The notes under the pieces: generated by a model
What the model was told of the DNA's origin: nothing
The model's database searches: none
Seen by the model: the letters and a program-made list of their open reading frames with translations, nothing else
Made by a program: the position numbers and the translations under genes
Origin: Candidatus Micrarchaeia archaeon
GTDB lineage: Archaea > Micrarchaeota > Micrarchaeia > Anstonellales > J096
Assembly (NCBI GenBank): GCA_041500405.1
Contig: JBGQMB010000001.1
Span: forward strand, 9,490 to 73,489
DNA: 64,000 nt
Direction of reading: 5' to 3'
Part shown: positions 1 through 8,929 of the stretch, in pieces
Layout of the letters: the number at the start of each line of letters is the position of its first letter
Numbering within the stretch: position 1 is the first letter of the stretch

Positions 1-2
1 AT

Positions 3-491
3 GCGCCGAGTTATTTCTCGTCTGAAATAGCGAAAATGCGGAAAGCAACCACAGAAAGGCAGATGCGCCAGTTCATCAACCAAAGCGCAGGCCTATCTGC
101 TACAATTTCAAGCGCAATTGAAAATGTGGCCGGAATAGCCAAAAATGAGCTCTCTTCAGCAACCCTGATGCTCGAGCAGTACAGGCAAAGGCTGGATTCG
201 GAAACAGTTTCCAAGATGGAGTCTTCCTTAGCCGATGCCGGAAGCGCGATAGGCATCCAGAAATACGGAACTGCCATAAACCTGTCAAAGGGCGTTTCAG
301 CCAGCATATCAAAGCTCGCTGCACAAAGCGATGAAGGGAACATGAGGCTGCTTGCGATAGGCCTTTTAGTGATTGGAAGCCTTGCCGTGATTGCATATAG
401 CTACAGGGAGCCCATAATGGGCCTCTTTGGAAGCCGGAAAGGGAAGATTGCGCTCAGGAAGCTGAAAAAAGGCGAGGAAGGACAGGAATAA
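3..491 (+). CDS. C-terminal part of a membrane-anchored hypothetical protein (5' truncated by window edge)
   Basis: Frame open from position 3; helical region, then one hydrophobic segment (LLAIGLLVIGSLAVIAY) and a basic tail. Confidence 0.7.
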   Translation, partial: APSYFSSEIAKMRKATTERQMRQFINQSAGLSATISSAIENVAGIAKNELSSATLMLEQYRQRLDSETVSKMESSLADAGSAIGIQKYGTAINLSKGVSASISKLAAQSDEGNMRLLAIGLLVIGSLAVIAYSYREPIMGLFGSRKGKIALRKLKKGEEGQE

Positions 492-549
492 TCTGTTCTT
501 AACAGAAATATCCACTTATGATTTTAAACTCTTAGACTGTTCATAAATC

Positions 550-1113
550 ATGGAAGACAAGATTTATGATGAATTTACAAGAATGTTTACTCTCGTAGGG
601 AATTCTAGAAGAGAGCTAAGAACAAAGATAATACAGGAATTTCTTTCCGAAAAAGGAGGATACTGGAAAGATAATATCAAGCACGTAACCCGCTATCGGT
701 ATTATGTAGAGAAATTGGCAGACGGAAGGAGAATATTTCTATATCGCCCCACATTCCTGAATAAGGGAATAGATTTTCAGGTCTGGATTGAGCAATTTGA
801 GGATGGCAAGGACAAGAAACCAAGCCATAAGGATATACTGAACGACCTAAAATTAAAACAGAAAGAAAATCCAAAGAAGTACCGGATGCTGCTTAAATCT
901 ATACAATGCATCTGGAATTGCGAAGATCCAGATGCCATAATTGAAAAGTTTGAGAGTCTATCTTTCAGAAAAGGTTATCCGGTGGATTTGATATTGAAAA
1001 CTCTTAAATGGCTCTTCATAGAACAAGACGTAACATACTGGAATTATGATGGGCGCGGCATGCTGATGTCTACGATATATAAAGATAACCCGAAGATAGA
1101 GCAATCCCCATAG
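550..1113 (+). CDS. Uncharacterised protein upstream of the Dam-type methyltransferase (possible restriction/defence partner)
   Basis: 187-aa ORF, visibly AT-rich like the neighbouring MTase; TTTTAAA box about 27 nt upstream; no family motif recognised. Confidence 0.75.
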   Translation: MEDKIYDEFTRMFTLVGNSRRELRTKIIQEFLSEKGGYWKDNIKHVTRYRYYVEKLADGRRIFLYRPTFLNKGIDFQVWIEQFEDGKDKKPSHKDILNDLKLKQKENPKKYRMLLKSIQCIWNCEDPDAIIEKFESLSFRKGYPVDLILKTLKWLFIEQDVTYWNYDGRGMLMSTIYKDNPKIEQSP

Positions 1114-1186
1114 GCGTTGACCTCTGCTGGCAAGGAGGTCAGTAAACAATTTAAAAGGGGGCAACCAATATCCTTTCGTGCAGTAA

Positions 1187-2074
1187 ATGGATCTACCAAA
1201 ACCCTTTGTGAAATGGGCTGGCGGGAAAAGGCAGCTAATAGAACAGTTGATTCAGTATGCGCCTTCTCACTTTAATGGTTATTTTGAGCCATTTTTGGGC
1301 GGTGGCGCATTCTTTTTCAAACTTTCATCCTTAGGGAGAATAAACAAAGCTTACCTAAACGATTCCAATGAAGAGCTAATCAATGCATATAATGTAATTA
1401 AGGAAAATCCATTACATCTCATCTCTGAACTAGAAAGCGGTTCGTACAAAAACAACAAAGAGACATTTATAAATATAAGAAAAACACACCCCACGAATAC
1501 TATAAAAGCGGCAGCAAGATTTATTTATCTAAATAAGACAGCATTCAATGGGCTGTACAGAGTCAATTCCAATGGCCAATTCAATGCTCCTTTTGGCCGT
1601 TATAATAATCCATTAATCTGTGATGAGGACAATATACTGGCGGTAAGCCGGGCATTGCAGAAAGATGAGCTGACCTGCATGGATTTTGAAGACGCAGTTA
1701 ATGATGCCGAAGAAGGCGATTTGGTATATTTTGATCCGCCTTACGCTCCGCTTAATGCAACATCTAACTTTACAGGATATACTAAAGACAGTTTTTCAGA
1801 AAAAGATCAAGAGAAGCTTGCCAAAACGTTCTCGAAATTAGACCGCAGAGGTTGCTTTGTCATGCTCAGTAATTCATATACACCACTAGTGCTGGATCTA
1901 TATGATGAATTCAAGGTAAACACCGTTATGGCATCCAGAGTTATAAACTGTAAAGCGGAGCGCAGAGGAAAGATAAAGGAAGTTATCGTGACTAATGATT
2001 ACTTACAGGCAATCCCAAAAAGCTTAATGGCATACGTTTGCGCTAAGGGAGATATCGGCACTTCATCCGTTTAA
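1187..2074 (+). CDS. dam: DNA adenine N6-methyltransferase, Dam/D12 class
   Basis: KWAGGK, EPFLGGG (motif I), FNGLYRVN, DPPY (motif IV), LSNS. Confidence 0.93.
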   Translation: MDLPKPFVKWAGGKRQLIEQLIQYAPSHFNGYFEPFLGGGAFFFKLSSLGRINKAYLNDSNEELINAYNVIKENPLHLISELESGSYKNNKETFINIRKTHPTNTIKAAARFIYLNKTAFNGLYRVNSNGQFNAPFGRYNNPLICDEDNILAVSRALQKDELTCMDFEDAVNDAEEGDLVYFDPPYAPLNATSNFTGYTKDSFSEKDQEKLAKTFSKLDRRGCFVMLSNSYTPLVLDLYDEFKVNTVMASRVINCKAERRGKIKEVIVTNDYLQAIPKSLMAYVCAKGDIGTSSV

Positions 2075-2112
2075 AGAGCAGGAATAAAAACACTTTCAAG
2101 TCCCTTACCTTG

Positions 2113-2982
2113 ATGGACCCAGTTTCATACAGGGAATACCTTTCGCAGTACACTGATCCGGACGTTCTTCTGGACACGCTGGAGAGTTTGCGGAAGACAT
2201 TCAGGGTCAACACGCTCAAGTGCTCGGAAGAAAAGTTTCTTTCCTTTACTGAAATGAAGATGGAGAAGGAGCCCCTGCCCCTTGCGTACAGCATGGGCGC
2301 GGATTTTCCAATAGGCAACACGCTGGAGTTTTTCTCGGGCATGATTCATACGCAGACCCTTTCATCAATGCTCCCGCCGCTTGTTCTGGAGCCCAAGCCG
2401 CACGAAAAGGTGCTTGACATGGCGGCAGCCCCCGGCGGAAAGACAACCCAGATGAGCGCCATGATGAAAAACACGGGAATAATAATCGCGAATGACGTAA
2501 AGATAGGCAGGCTGAGCGTCCTTGTCGGCAACATGCGGAGGCTTGGCGCGCTCAACATAACTGTCACAAGGGGCGACGCAAGGCGCCTTGATTACAAAAA
2601 TGAGTTTGACAGGGTTTTGCTCGACGCCCCGTGCTCGTCCATGGGTTCGTCCCTTTCGTCTTTCAGGACATTGGACAGGGACAGGCTAAGGGATATGGCA
2701 AGGGTGCAAAGGAAACTGGCAATCGCGGGCTTTGACGCGCTCAAGCCAAACGGGGCAATGGTGTATTCCACGTGCACGTTTTCAAAGGAGGAGAACGAGG
2801 AAATAGTGAAATTCCTTCTTGAGAGCAGGCCAAGCGCAAGGCTGGAAAAAATAAGCATGGACATGCCCCACGACGGCGGGCTTTCCGAATACGGGGCGGA
2901 ATTTAAAAAAGTTTGGCGCATCCAACCGCACCACTTAAAAAGCGAAGGCTTCTTTATAGCGAGGATAAGCAAGGGCCCTTAG
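2113..2982 (+). CDS. RsmB/NOL1/NOP2-family RNA m5C methyltransferase
   Basis: DMAAAPGGKT, VLLDAPCS, VYSTCT, EENE motifs. Confidence 0.93.
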   Translation: MDPVSYREYLSQYTDPDVLLDTLESLRKTFRVNTLKCSEEKFLSFTEMKMEKEPLPLAYSMGADFPIGNTLEFFSGMIHTQTLSSMLPPLVLEPKPHEKVLDMAAAPGGKTTQMSAMMKNTGIIIANDVKIGRLSVLVGNMRRLGALNITVTRGDARRLDYKNEFDRVLLDAPCSSMGSSLSSFRTLDRDRLRDMARVQRKLAIAGFDALKPNGAMVYSTCTFSKEENEEIVKFLLESRPSARLEKISMDMPHDGGLSEYGAEFKKVWRIQPHHLKSEGFFIARISKGP

Positions 2983-3044
2983 ATCAGCGGTAGATCGCTC
3001 CCCTCGCACGGGAGAGGCCAGGGGTTCAAATCCCCTAGGGTCCA
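2973..3044 (+). tRNA. tRNA-Ala (CGC)
   Basis: Acceptor GGGCCCT/AGGGTCC with G3:U70; anticodon arm CTCCC-CTCGCAC-GGGAG; T-loop TTCAAAT; CCA not encoded. Confidence 0.95.
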
Positions 3045-3111
3045 AGTCCTTTCTTTTAGAAAAAGAAAGCACTTGGGGAAAGAAAACTACTTCTGTAAAA
3101 AAGAAAGGGCT

Positions 3112-3212
3112 TGGGGATACGGGGATTTGAACCCCGACCTACAGGTTTCTTCTAATCGCGCGTCCGCGCAAAACCTGGAGCCTGCCGTGCTACCTGGTTG
3201 CACTATACCCCC
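3112..3212 (-). tRNA. tRNA-Trp (CCA) with a 28-nt intron at 37/38 (3147-3174)
   Basis: Reverse complement folds: GGGGGTA/TATCCCC acceptor, GCAGG-CTCCAG|intron|A-CCTGT anticodon arm, TTCAAAT T-loop. Confidence 0.92.
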
Positions 3213-3348
3213 AACAGGTGGTATATGGGCAGAGAAACGTTTAAATTGCTACCTCAGGATAATCCAGTATGCGTAATACATCCTTATTTTTGTCGGTATG
3301 GACAACACTGGCATGGAAGAGGAAAGAATGACAATGGATTAGATTAGC

Positions 3349-4545
3349 ATGGTTAATTCGGCAAAAGGCAATAACGGCAAAATCAATCCGACAGTAATAA
3401 AGCTCGGTGTGGTCAGTTTCCTGACCGACATTTCCAGCGAGATGGTCTTTCCCAACATAGCGCTCTTCCTTACGCTTGTGCTTGGCGCGGGCAAGGAGCT
3501 GGTCGGCCTGGTTGAGGGCGTCGCGGACAGCGCCGCGAGCATCGTCGAGATATTCTCCGGCTACTTTTCAGACAAGCTCGGAAAAAGGAAGCAGTTCGTA
3601 CTGTTTGGATACGGCCTTTCCTCAATAGTCAAGATAGGCATCGCGCTTTCCACCACCTGGTGGATGGTCCTAATAATGCGCGGGCTGGAGCGCGTAGGCA
3701 AGGGCATACGGACTGCGCCAAGGGACGCGATAATCGCCGCATCTGCAGAAAAGCAAATCCGCGGCAGGGCATTCGGCCTGCACCGCGCGATGGACACTGC
3801 AGGCGCGATAATAGGCCCGCTGCTGGCGTTCGCGCTGCTCTCTGCATTCGGCACGAACGAAACAGGGTTCCGCACCACATTCCTGATAGCGATAATACCC
3901 GCGGTCCTGGCGGTTGCCGTGATAGCGCTGTTCGTGCGCGAGCCCAAGGTTGCAACAGCCCCGGCCCCTTTGAAAAGGCCGTCCTTCTGGGATGTGCTGA
4001 AGCAAATGCCGCATGGATACAAGACGTTCCTTAAAGTTTCGCTGCTGTTCTCGCTCTCCTATTTCAGCTTTTCGTTCTTCATATTGCGCGCAGCCGACAT
4101 AGGCGTGGATCCCAAGGATGTCCTGCTGCTCTATGTTTTCTATAATGTCATATACGCGCTTGCGTCTGTGCCAGGCGGGTGGCTGTCCGACAGGATAGGG
4201 CGCAAGCCGGTGATTGCAGGCGCGTTCGCGCTCTATGCTATCATTTGCGCTGGCTTTGCCTTGGCTACCACCTGGTGGCACGCGGCGCTGCTGTTCGGGC
4301 TTTACGGCATCTTCGTGGCTTTGGACGAGAGCGTGAACAAGGCATACATCAGCGACATGATACCCGAGGAAAGGCGCAGCACAGCGATAGGCGCGTATAA
4401 CACGGCCATAGGCGTCGCATATCTTCCGGCAAGCATAATGGTCGGCGCATTGTGGACCGTTGCCGGGCCGGTTACCGGCTTTATGGCAGCAGCGGGCATA
4501 GCGGCATTTTCGGCAGTGGCCCTGATGGCCTTTGTCAGGGGCTGA
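3349..4545 (+). CDS. MFS transporter
   Basis: About 12 TM helices; motif A in both halves (GYFSDKLGKRK, GWLSDRIGRK). Confidence 0.93.
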   Translation: MVNSAKGNNGKINPTVIKLGVVSFLTDISSEMVFPNIALFLTLVLGAGKELVGLVEGVADSAASIVEIFSGYFSDKLGKRKQFVLFGYGLSSIVKIGIALSTTWWMVLIMRGLERVGKGIRTAPRDAIIAASAEKQIRGRAFGLHRAMDTAGAIIGPLLAFALLSAFGTNETGFRTTFLIAIIPAVLAVAVIALFVREPKVATAPAPLKRPSFWDVLKQMPHGYKTFLKVSLLFSLSYFSFSFFILRAADIGVDPKDVLLLYVFYNVIYALASVPGGWLSDRIGRKPVIAGAFALYAIICAGFALATTWWHAALLFGLYGIFVALDESVNKAYISDMIPEERRSTAIGAYNTAIGVAYLPASIMVGALWTVAGPVTGFMAAAGIAAFSAVALMAFVRG

Positions 4546-4548
4546 AAT

Positions 4549-5574
4549 TCAAATTTTCCTTGACCCGTTTTTTGTTTCGGTTTTTGCTTTCAGAAGTTGC
4601 GCAGCTACAGGGAAATAGTCCACCTTGTGCTCTTCATAGACATGGAGCATTTCGTAATCCCCGGCAACATCGCCGAAGCGGTTCATGAAGTCCCCCATCA
4701 TGGACCGGAAATCCCTTTCGTCGCTAACCTCTGCCTCTATTTCCAAGTCCCATTCGCCGAAGCAGCCCACGAAATAGACGACTTCCGGTCTCAATGCGCA
4801 GAATGAATAGATAGTTTTCTCGTCCTTTTCCCCAAGGGATTTTGCGCTGACGATTGCCTTGTAGAATTTCCTGCCTGTTTTCTCCAGGTCCATGATTGTG
4901 CGGTATGCCTGTATTATGCCGTCTTTCTCAAGCTTCCTTATTCTCTCCTTTACCGCCCCATCGCTCATGCCAATTGTCTGCCCAAGTTCGCGGTTTGGCA
5001 GCCGGGCATTCCTGCCAAGGAGCTCCAGCAGCCGCAGGTTAGTTTCGTCCAGCTTGTATGGCCCGTACTCAAAGCCATAGACGAACGTTTCAGGGGGCAT
5101 TTCCCTTTCTTCTCCTGTGAGATAGGTCCTCTTGAAGTGGTAGTTGAACGTTGAGGGCGAAACAGAATAGCTTTTCAGCCGCTCGCCAAGCTCAGCCTTG
5201 ATTTTTCTTAGGATGTTGCTGAAATCAACCGGGTTCCTTGCCGCCAGGAGAATCTCCAGGTCCCACCTGCCGCTTGTGCTTGCCACCCACATGGACGGCA
5301 CCTCGCCCTTGAGATATTCTATTATCTTCGGATAGTCTGACGGAGGGGCTTTCTGCAGCCGCAGATAGAGCCTGTATGAGTAATATCCGAGCTTATGCAG
5401 ATTGATCAGGGCAGTGAAACCCTTTATCACCCCGGCTTCAGTCAGCTTATTGAGCCGGTATTTGGCGAGTTGAGGCGAAATCCCGACCTTTTTGGCAAGG
5501 ACAGCAAGGGGAATCCGGGCATTGAAGTCCAGTTCGGCGAGCATCCGGAAGTCCTTCTTATCGAGCTTTTCCAT
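4549..5574 (-). CDS. Tandem (double) Lrp/AsnC-family transcriptional regulator
   Basis: Two HTH + RAM units (LDKKDFRMLAELDFNAR; LDETNLRLLELLGRNAR; GRWDL and GEWDL); start placed at MEKLD. Confidence 0.9.
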   Translation of the reverse strand: MEKLDKKDFRMLAELDFNARIPLAVLAKKVGISPQLAKYRLNKLTEAGVIKGFTALINLHKLGYYSYRLYLRLQKAPPSDYPKIIEYLKGEVPSMWVASTSGRWDLEILLAARNPVDFSNILRKIKAELGERLKSYSVSPSTFNYHFKRTYLTGEEREMPPETFVYGFEYGPYKLDETNLRLLELLGRNARLPNRELGQTIGMSDGAVKERIRKLEKDGIIQAYRTIMDLEKTGRKFYKAIVSAKSLGEKDEKTIYSFCALRPEVVYFVGCFGEWDLEIEAEVSDERDFRSMMGDFMNRFGDVAGDYEMLHVYEEHKVDYFPVAAQLLKAKTETKNGSRKI

Positions 5575-5589
5575 GCTTGTTTTATATTT

Positions 5590-5614
5590 AGTAGTTTTTA
5601 TAAGCTTTTCTACT
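5590..5614. promoter_or_regulatory. Candidate operator (AGTAG-N15-CTACT) in the divergent Lrp promoter region
   Basis: 5-bp inverted repeat enclosing a TTTATAA box in the AT-rich intergenic region. Confidence 0.3.
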
Positions 5615-5677
5615 TTTTCTAAAAAAATAGGACTATATTGTTTTATATATATCAAAAGCCACGTATAGACACAGGTA

Positions 5678-5740
5678 AACACAAATGAGGCGATTATGAT
5701 GACCATGAATACCCGGATGCTGGCTTTGAAAGCTGAACGC
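5678..5740 (+). repeat. 63-nt RBS + N-terminal leader repeat, copy 1
   Basis: 52/63 identical to 6222-6284 (manual alignment). Confidence 0.85.
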
Positions 5741-6223
5741 CTGGAAAAAAAGACGAGAAAATTTGGGATGTCGCATCATTCGATGCTCTTCAATGAACCA
5801 CTCGTAGAGTTGAAGCGGGACCTACAGATAAGGCAGGGTATGAAGGATAGCTTTGAGGCTGTCAAAACAAAAGTTTCCCCGGTCGATACAGGTGTAGATA
5901 ACGGAGTATGTAAAGGTAAAGGACTTGAGTTCTGGCTGAAAAATTCCCCGACGGGGATTGCCCTTTGCAATGCCTTACCAAAGCAGGCTACCATTCTGGG
6001 GAGTGTTTTAAGTGCTATCCTGGTTGCAGAAATGGCAATATGGTCTATTGTTCCGGAAGCTGTACAAACAATTACAGGCATATATGGAGTTCCAACCAAG
6101 TTACTCTGGTTCTATGAAAATTTTCCTCCAATAGTAGTAACATGCCTTTTTGGGATGTTCACCTCGGCTTTTGCTGGGTGTACAGCCGCAGCGTTCCGTG
6201 ACGAAGCGATAAGAGACAAATAA
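5696..6223 (+). CDS. Hypothetical membrane protein with MMTMxTRMLA leader
   Basis: 175 aa; GAGGCGAT RBS; two hydrophobic segments in the C-terminal half. Confidence 0.75.
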   Translation: MMTMNTRMLALKAERLEKKTRKFGMSHHSMLFNEPLVELKRDLQIRQGMKDSFEAVKTKVSPVDTGVDNGVCKGKGLEFWLKNSPTGIALCNALPKQATILGSVLSAILVAEMAIWSIVPEAVQTITGIYGVPTKLLWFYENFPPIVVTCLFGMFTSAFAGCTAAAFRDEAIRDK

Positions 6224-6284
6224 CACAGATGAGGCGATTATGATGACTATGAAAACAAGGATGCTTGCCCGGAAGGCTGAGCGC
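6222..6284 (+). repeat. 63-nt RBS + N-terminal leader repeat, copy 2
   Basis: 52/63 identical to 5678-5740. Confidence 0.85.
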
Positions 6285-7151
6285 GAAATGAACAAAGCGT
6301 ACAAGCTCGGCATGGAGTGGGGCGGAGATTTCCTCAGGCAACTGCGCGACGAACTAAGGGCATTCAAGGTGGATGTCGATAAGGATGATTCTGACACGCG
6401 CAGCCCAAGCGAGATCCACCGCGCTAGATGCTACACCCACGTATGCAACATCTTGCATACGACGGAAAGCACCAAGGAAGCAATCGCAAAATCCATCGAT
6501 AGCACGGTTGGGATACTGGAGGATGCGGCAAAGAAGCGCGGCGAACTACAGGAGGGACAGCGCGAAATGTGCGTGGTCTCATACAGGCCTTACAGGTACG
6601 AGTGCGAACTCAAAGTATGTGGCATAAGCAAGGCCGAATTCTGGTTAATGAAGGCAGCGGGCGCAACTCGCAAAACCCTGCTGCCATGTGCGGCAACAGC
6701 AGCCATGGCATGGCTTGCTTGTGAGAACTGGCCTGCAATAGCGCATGCTGCAACTTCGGCAACAAATCACATCGTAGACATAGCAGTAGCGGCAAAGGCA
6801 TATCTTGCAAAAAATATAAGGGAGATTGCAACAGTAGCGGCAGGTTTCGTTATTTTTATGACTATTATAGTTGGAGGGAGAAGCCGGCCTGAGCAGGAGA
6901 TGTCAGACAGTGAACTGCTCTTCGCAGCGGTCCACGACATGAGGGTAGGGATGGAGAGGGCGCTGAGGGAGCAAGATAGGAAGTGTGAGGAAAGCGTGGA
7001 AGCATGGCGGGTCGTTCACATGTTTAAGTATCTAATTCCTGCCGAAGAGATGAAGGCGAAGGTCCTGAAAGCGGCAGAGGAAATGCTGGCAACGGTAAAT
7101 ATGATTGAGGCTGCAGTAAAAGAGCAGCTGCAGCCGGCCAGGAAGATTTGA
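6240..7151 (+). CDS. Hypothetical membrane protein with MMTMxTRMLA leader
   Basis: 303 aa; same RBS and leader; helical with one or two TM segments. Confidence 0.78.
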   Translation: MMTMKTRMLARKAEREMNKAYKLGMEWGGDFLRQLRDELRAFKVDVDKDDSDTRSPSEIHRARCYTHVCNILHTTESTKEAIAKSIDSTVGILEDAAKKRGELQEGQREMCVVSYRPYRYECELKVCGISKAEFWLMKAAGATRKTLLPCAATAAMAWLACENWPAIAHAATSATNHIVDIAVAAKAYLAKNIREIATVAAGFVIFMTIIVGGRSRPEQEMSDSELLFAAVHDMRVGMERALREQDRKCEESVEAWRVVHMFKYLIPAEEMKAKVLKAAEEMLATVNMIEAAVKEQLQPARKI

Positions 7152-7164
7152 AGAGGCGATTATT

Positions 7165-8886
7165 ATGGAAATGCAGATGAAGAAATTGGAGATAACGCGC
7201 CTTTCCAAAACGACATTCCCGATAATGAGTCCGCAAAATGCAGGCAGGATGGTTGAAAACAACTTGAGGATAGACAATATCTTCGCATCGGGCAGGGCGG
7301 CTGACCCGCTGGTTGCGGGGGAGCTTGACGAACTGAAAAAGGAAAGCCTGCACCTGCTGACGATAATGTATCCTCCGAAGGCCTGCAACTTCAAATGCCC
7401 GAACTATTGCTGCACGGAAGGCATCGACAAGGGCAGGCTGGACAACGGGCAGATCCTGGAAATCGTCAGGCAGGCAACCGAGCTGGGCATGAAAGTGACG
7501 TACTTTCCCGGCCTTGGCGAACTGCCCCTGCTGAAGAAATTCTGGGAACTCCAGGAAGAACTTCATAGGATGAGGATAGCTTCAGTCGTGTTCACAAACG
7601 GCAGCGCGTTCTGGGACGACGGGCTGGCAAGGACCGCTACAGGGAAGAGCGCCGAGGAGCTTATAGAGAAGGTCAATGAAATAGGGATGTATCTCTATGT
7701 GAAATACTGGCACTCTGACCCGAAGGAGGCGGCAAGGATGGTTGGCGTTAGGGAAAGCGAGTATCCGTACAAAACGCTGGCGGACGGCATGCGCATCCCG
7801 CTTGCGCTCGCGAGACTGATGGAACGCATGTCTAAAGACAGGCTCGGCGTCGAGGTGATGGTTTCGCGGGAAAATTACGGCGACGTGGTTGCGAACATCA
7901 TGCCCAATATAGAAAAACTTGGCCTTTATGGACTCATGGAGCCGGTCATATTCTCAGGAAAGGCCGAGGGAAGGCAGGCAGAGCTGGCGCTCACGCCGGA
8001 GCAGTATTCATCGCTCGCAGACCAGTTCATAAGCGGCGGGAAATGGTGCATAAAAAGGCAGTCGCGGGAAGCGTCGCTTGTCGGAGAAAACCTGCTGCTG
8101 GCAATGCTGCTGCCGCCGGCACAGGAGAACCGCGTGCTGGACAACAGCGGAGCGCTGAAGCCTATTCTCGGCATACTGCATGGGCCAGAAGCCAGAAGGA
8201 TAAGGGCAGACAACGACAGGTACGGCTGCGTTTGCAGGCACTATTTTCTTGAGAAGCAGAAGGAGAGAAGGATGGACGAACTTTTCGGCGCCTTTGCGCC
8301 TGACTACATCGTTCACATGGACAGAACGAACCACTCTGCAGTCCAGAAAAGAATAATGGACGGGTTTATCGGCCACATAGGAAAGAAGGTCCTTGACATA
8401 GCGACCGGACCGGGCACAATCGCGAAATACGTGAAGGGAGCAAAGTCGGAATGCGAGGTGCACGGAATTGACAGGAACGAAAAGATGCTCATAGAGGCGA
8501 CAAAAGACCCTCAGGGGGTGGAATTCAAGAAAGGCGAGGCCACAGCCCTGCCGGCCAAGGACGGGACTTACGACACCGTAACTTCGTCCTATGCGTTCTA
8601 TTGGATAAAGGATCCGGAAAAGGCGATCTCGGAAGTCGGACGGGTGCTGAAAACAGGCGGAACGTTCATCGTGCTTGAAGAGGAGTTCAACGGCGGGGAC
8701 ACACAACCGGTCTTCTCCAGATACGACCGGGCAGACCTGAAGGAACTTGCCGGTCTGGAGAACTACATCGGCGTGGCACGCGTAAGGCAGATGATAGAGG
8801 CAGCAGGTTTTGAGTTTGTGGAGCAAGTGCAGTATCCGGTTGACGAACGCCACGGCACAGCAGGGATGGCTTTCAGGAAGAGATAA
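7165..8886 (+). CDS. Radical SAM domain fused to a class I SAM-dependent methyltransferase
   Basis: CNFKCPNYC, GLGELP, FTNG; C-terminal VLDIATGPG, YDTVTSSYAF, RVLKTGG. Confidence 0.82.
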   Translation: MEMQMKKLEITRLSKTTFPIMSPQNAGRMVENNLRIDNIFASGRAADPLVAGELDELKKESLHLLTIMYPPKACNFKCPNYCCTEGIDKGRLDNGQILEIVRQATELGMKVTYFPGLGELPLLKKFWELQEELHRMRIASVVFTNGSAFWDDGLARTATGKSAEELIEKVNEIGMYLYVKYWHSDPKEAARMVGVRESEYPYKTLADGMRIPLALARLMERMSKDRLGVEVMVSRENYGDVVANIMPNIEKLGLYGLMEPVIFSGKAEGRQAELALTPEQYSSLADQFISGGKWCIKRQSREASLVGENLLLAMLLPPAQENRVLDNSGALKPILGILHGPEARRIRADNDRYGCVCRHYFLEKQKERRMDELFGAFAPDYIVHMDRTNHSAVQKRIMDGFIGHIGKKVLDIATGPGTIAKYVKGAKSECEVHGIDRNEKMLIEATKDPQGVEFKKGEATALPAKDGTYDTVTSSYAFYWIKDPEKAISEVGRVLKTGGTFIVLEEEFNGGDTQPVFSRYDRADLKELAGLENYIGVARVRQMIEAAGFEFVEQVQYPVDERHGTAGMAFRKR

Positions 8887-8929
8887 AAGCAACCCTTTCC
8901 TTTTTTAAATCCTGATTTCATATCCACCT

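Noticed and set aside
550..1113. Assignment as a PabI- or DpnII-type restriction enzyme
   Set aside because: No recognisable signature by eye; left unassigned
3073..3276. 67-aa ORF
   Set aside because: Lies antisense to tRNA-Trp
5575..5706. N-terminal extension of the Lrp ORF in the track
   Set aside because: AT-rich promoter region; the domain begins at MEKLD (5574)
5678..6284. 63-nt repeat considered as integron attC, CRISPR or IS end
   Set aside because: Not palindromic, mostly coding, no integrase, cas or transposase nearby; retained as a leader-peptide finding
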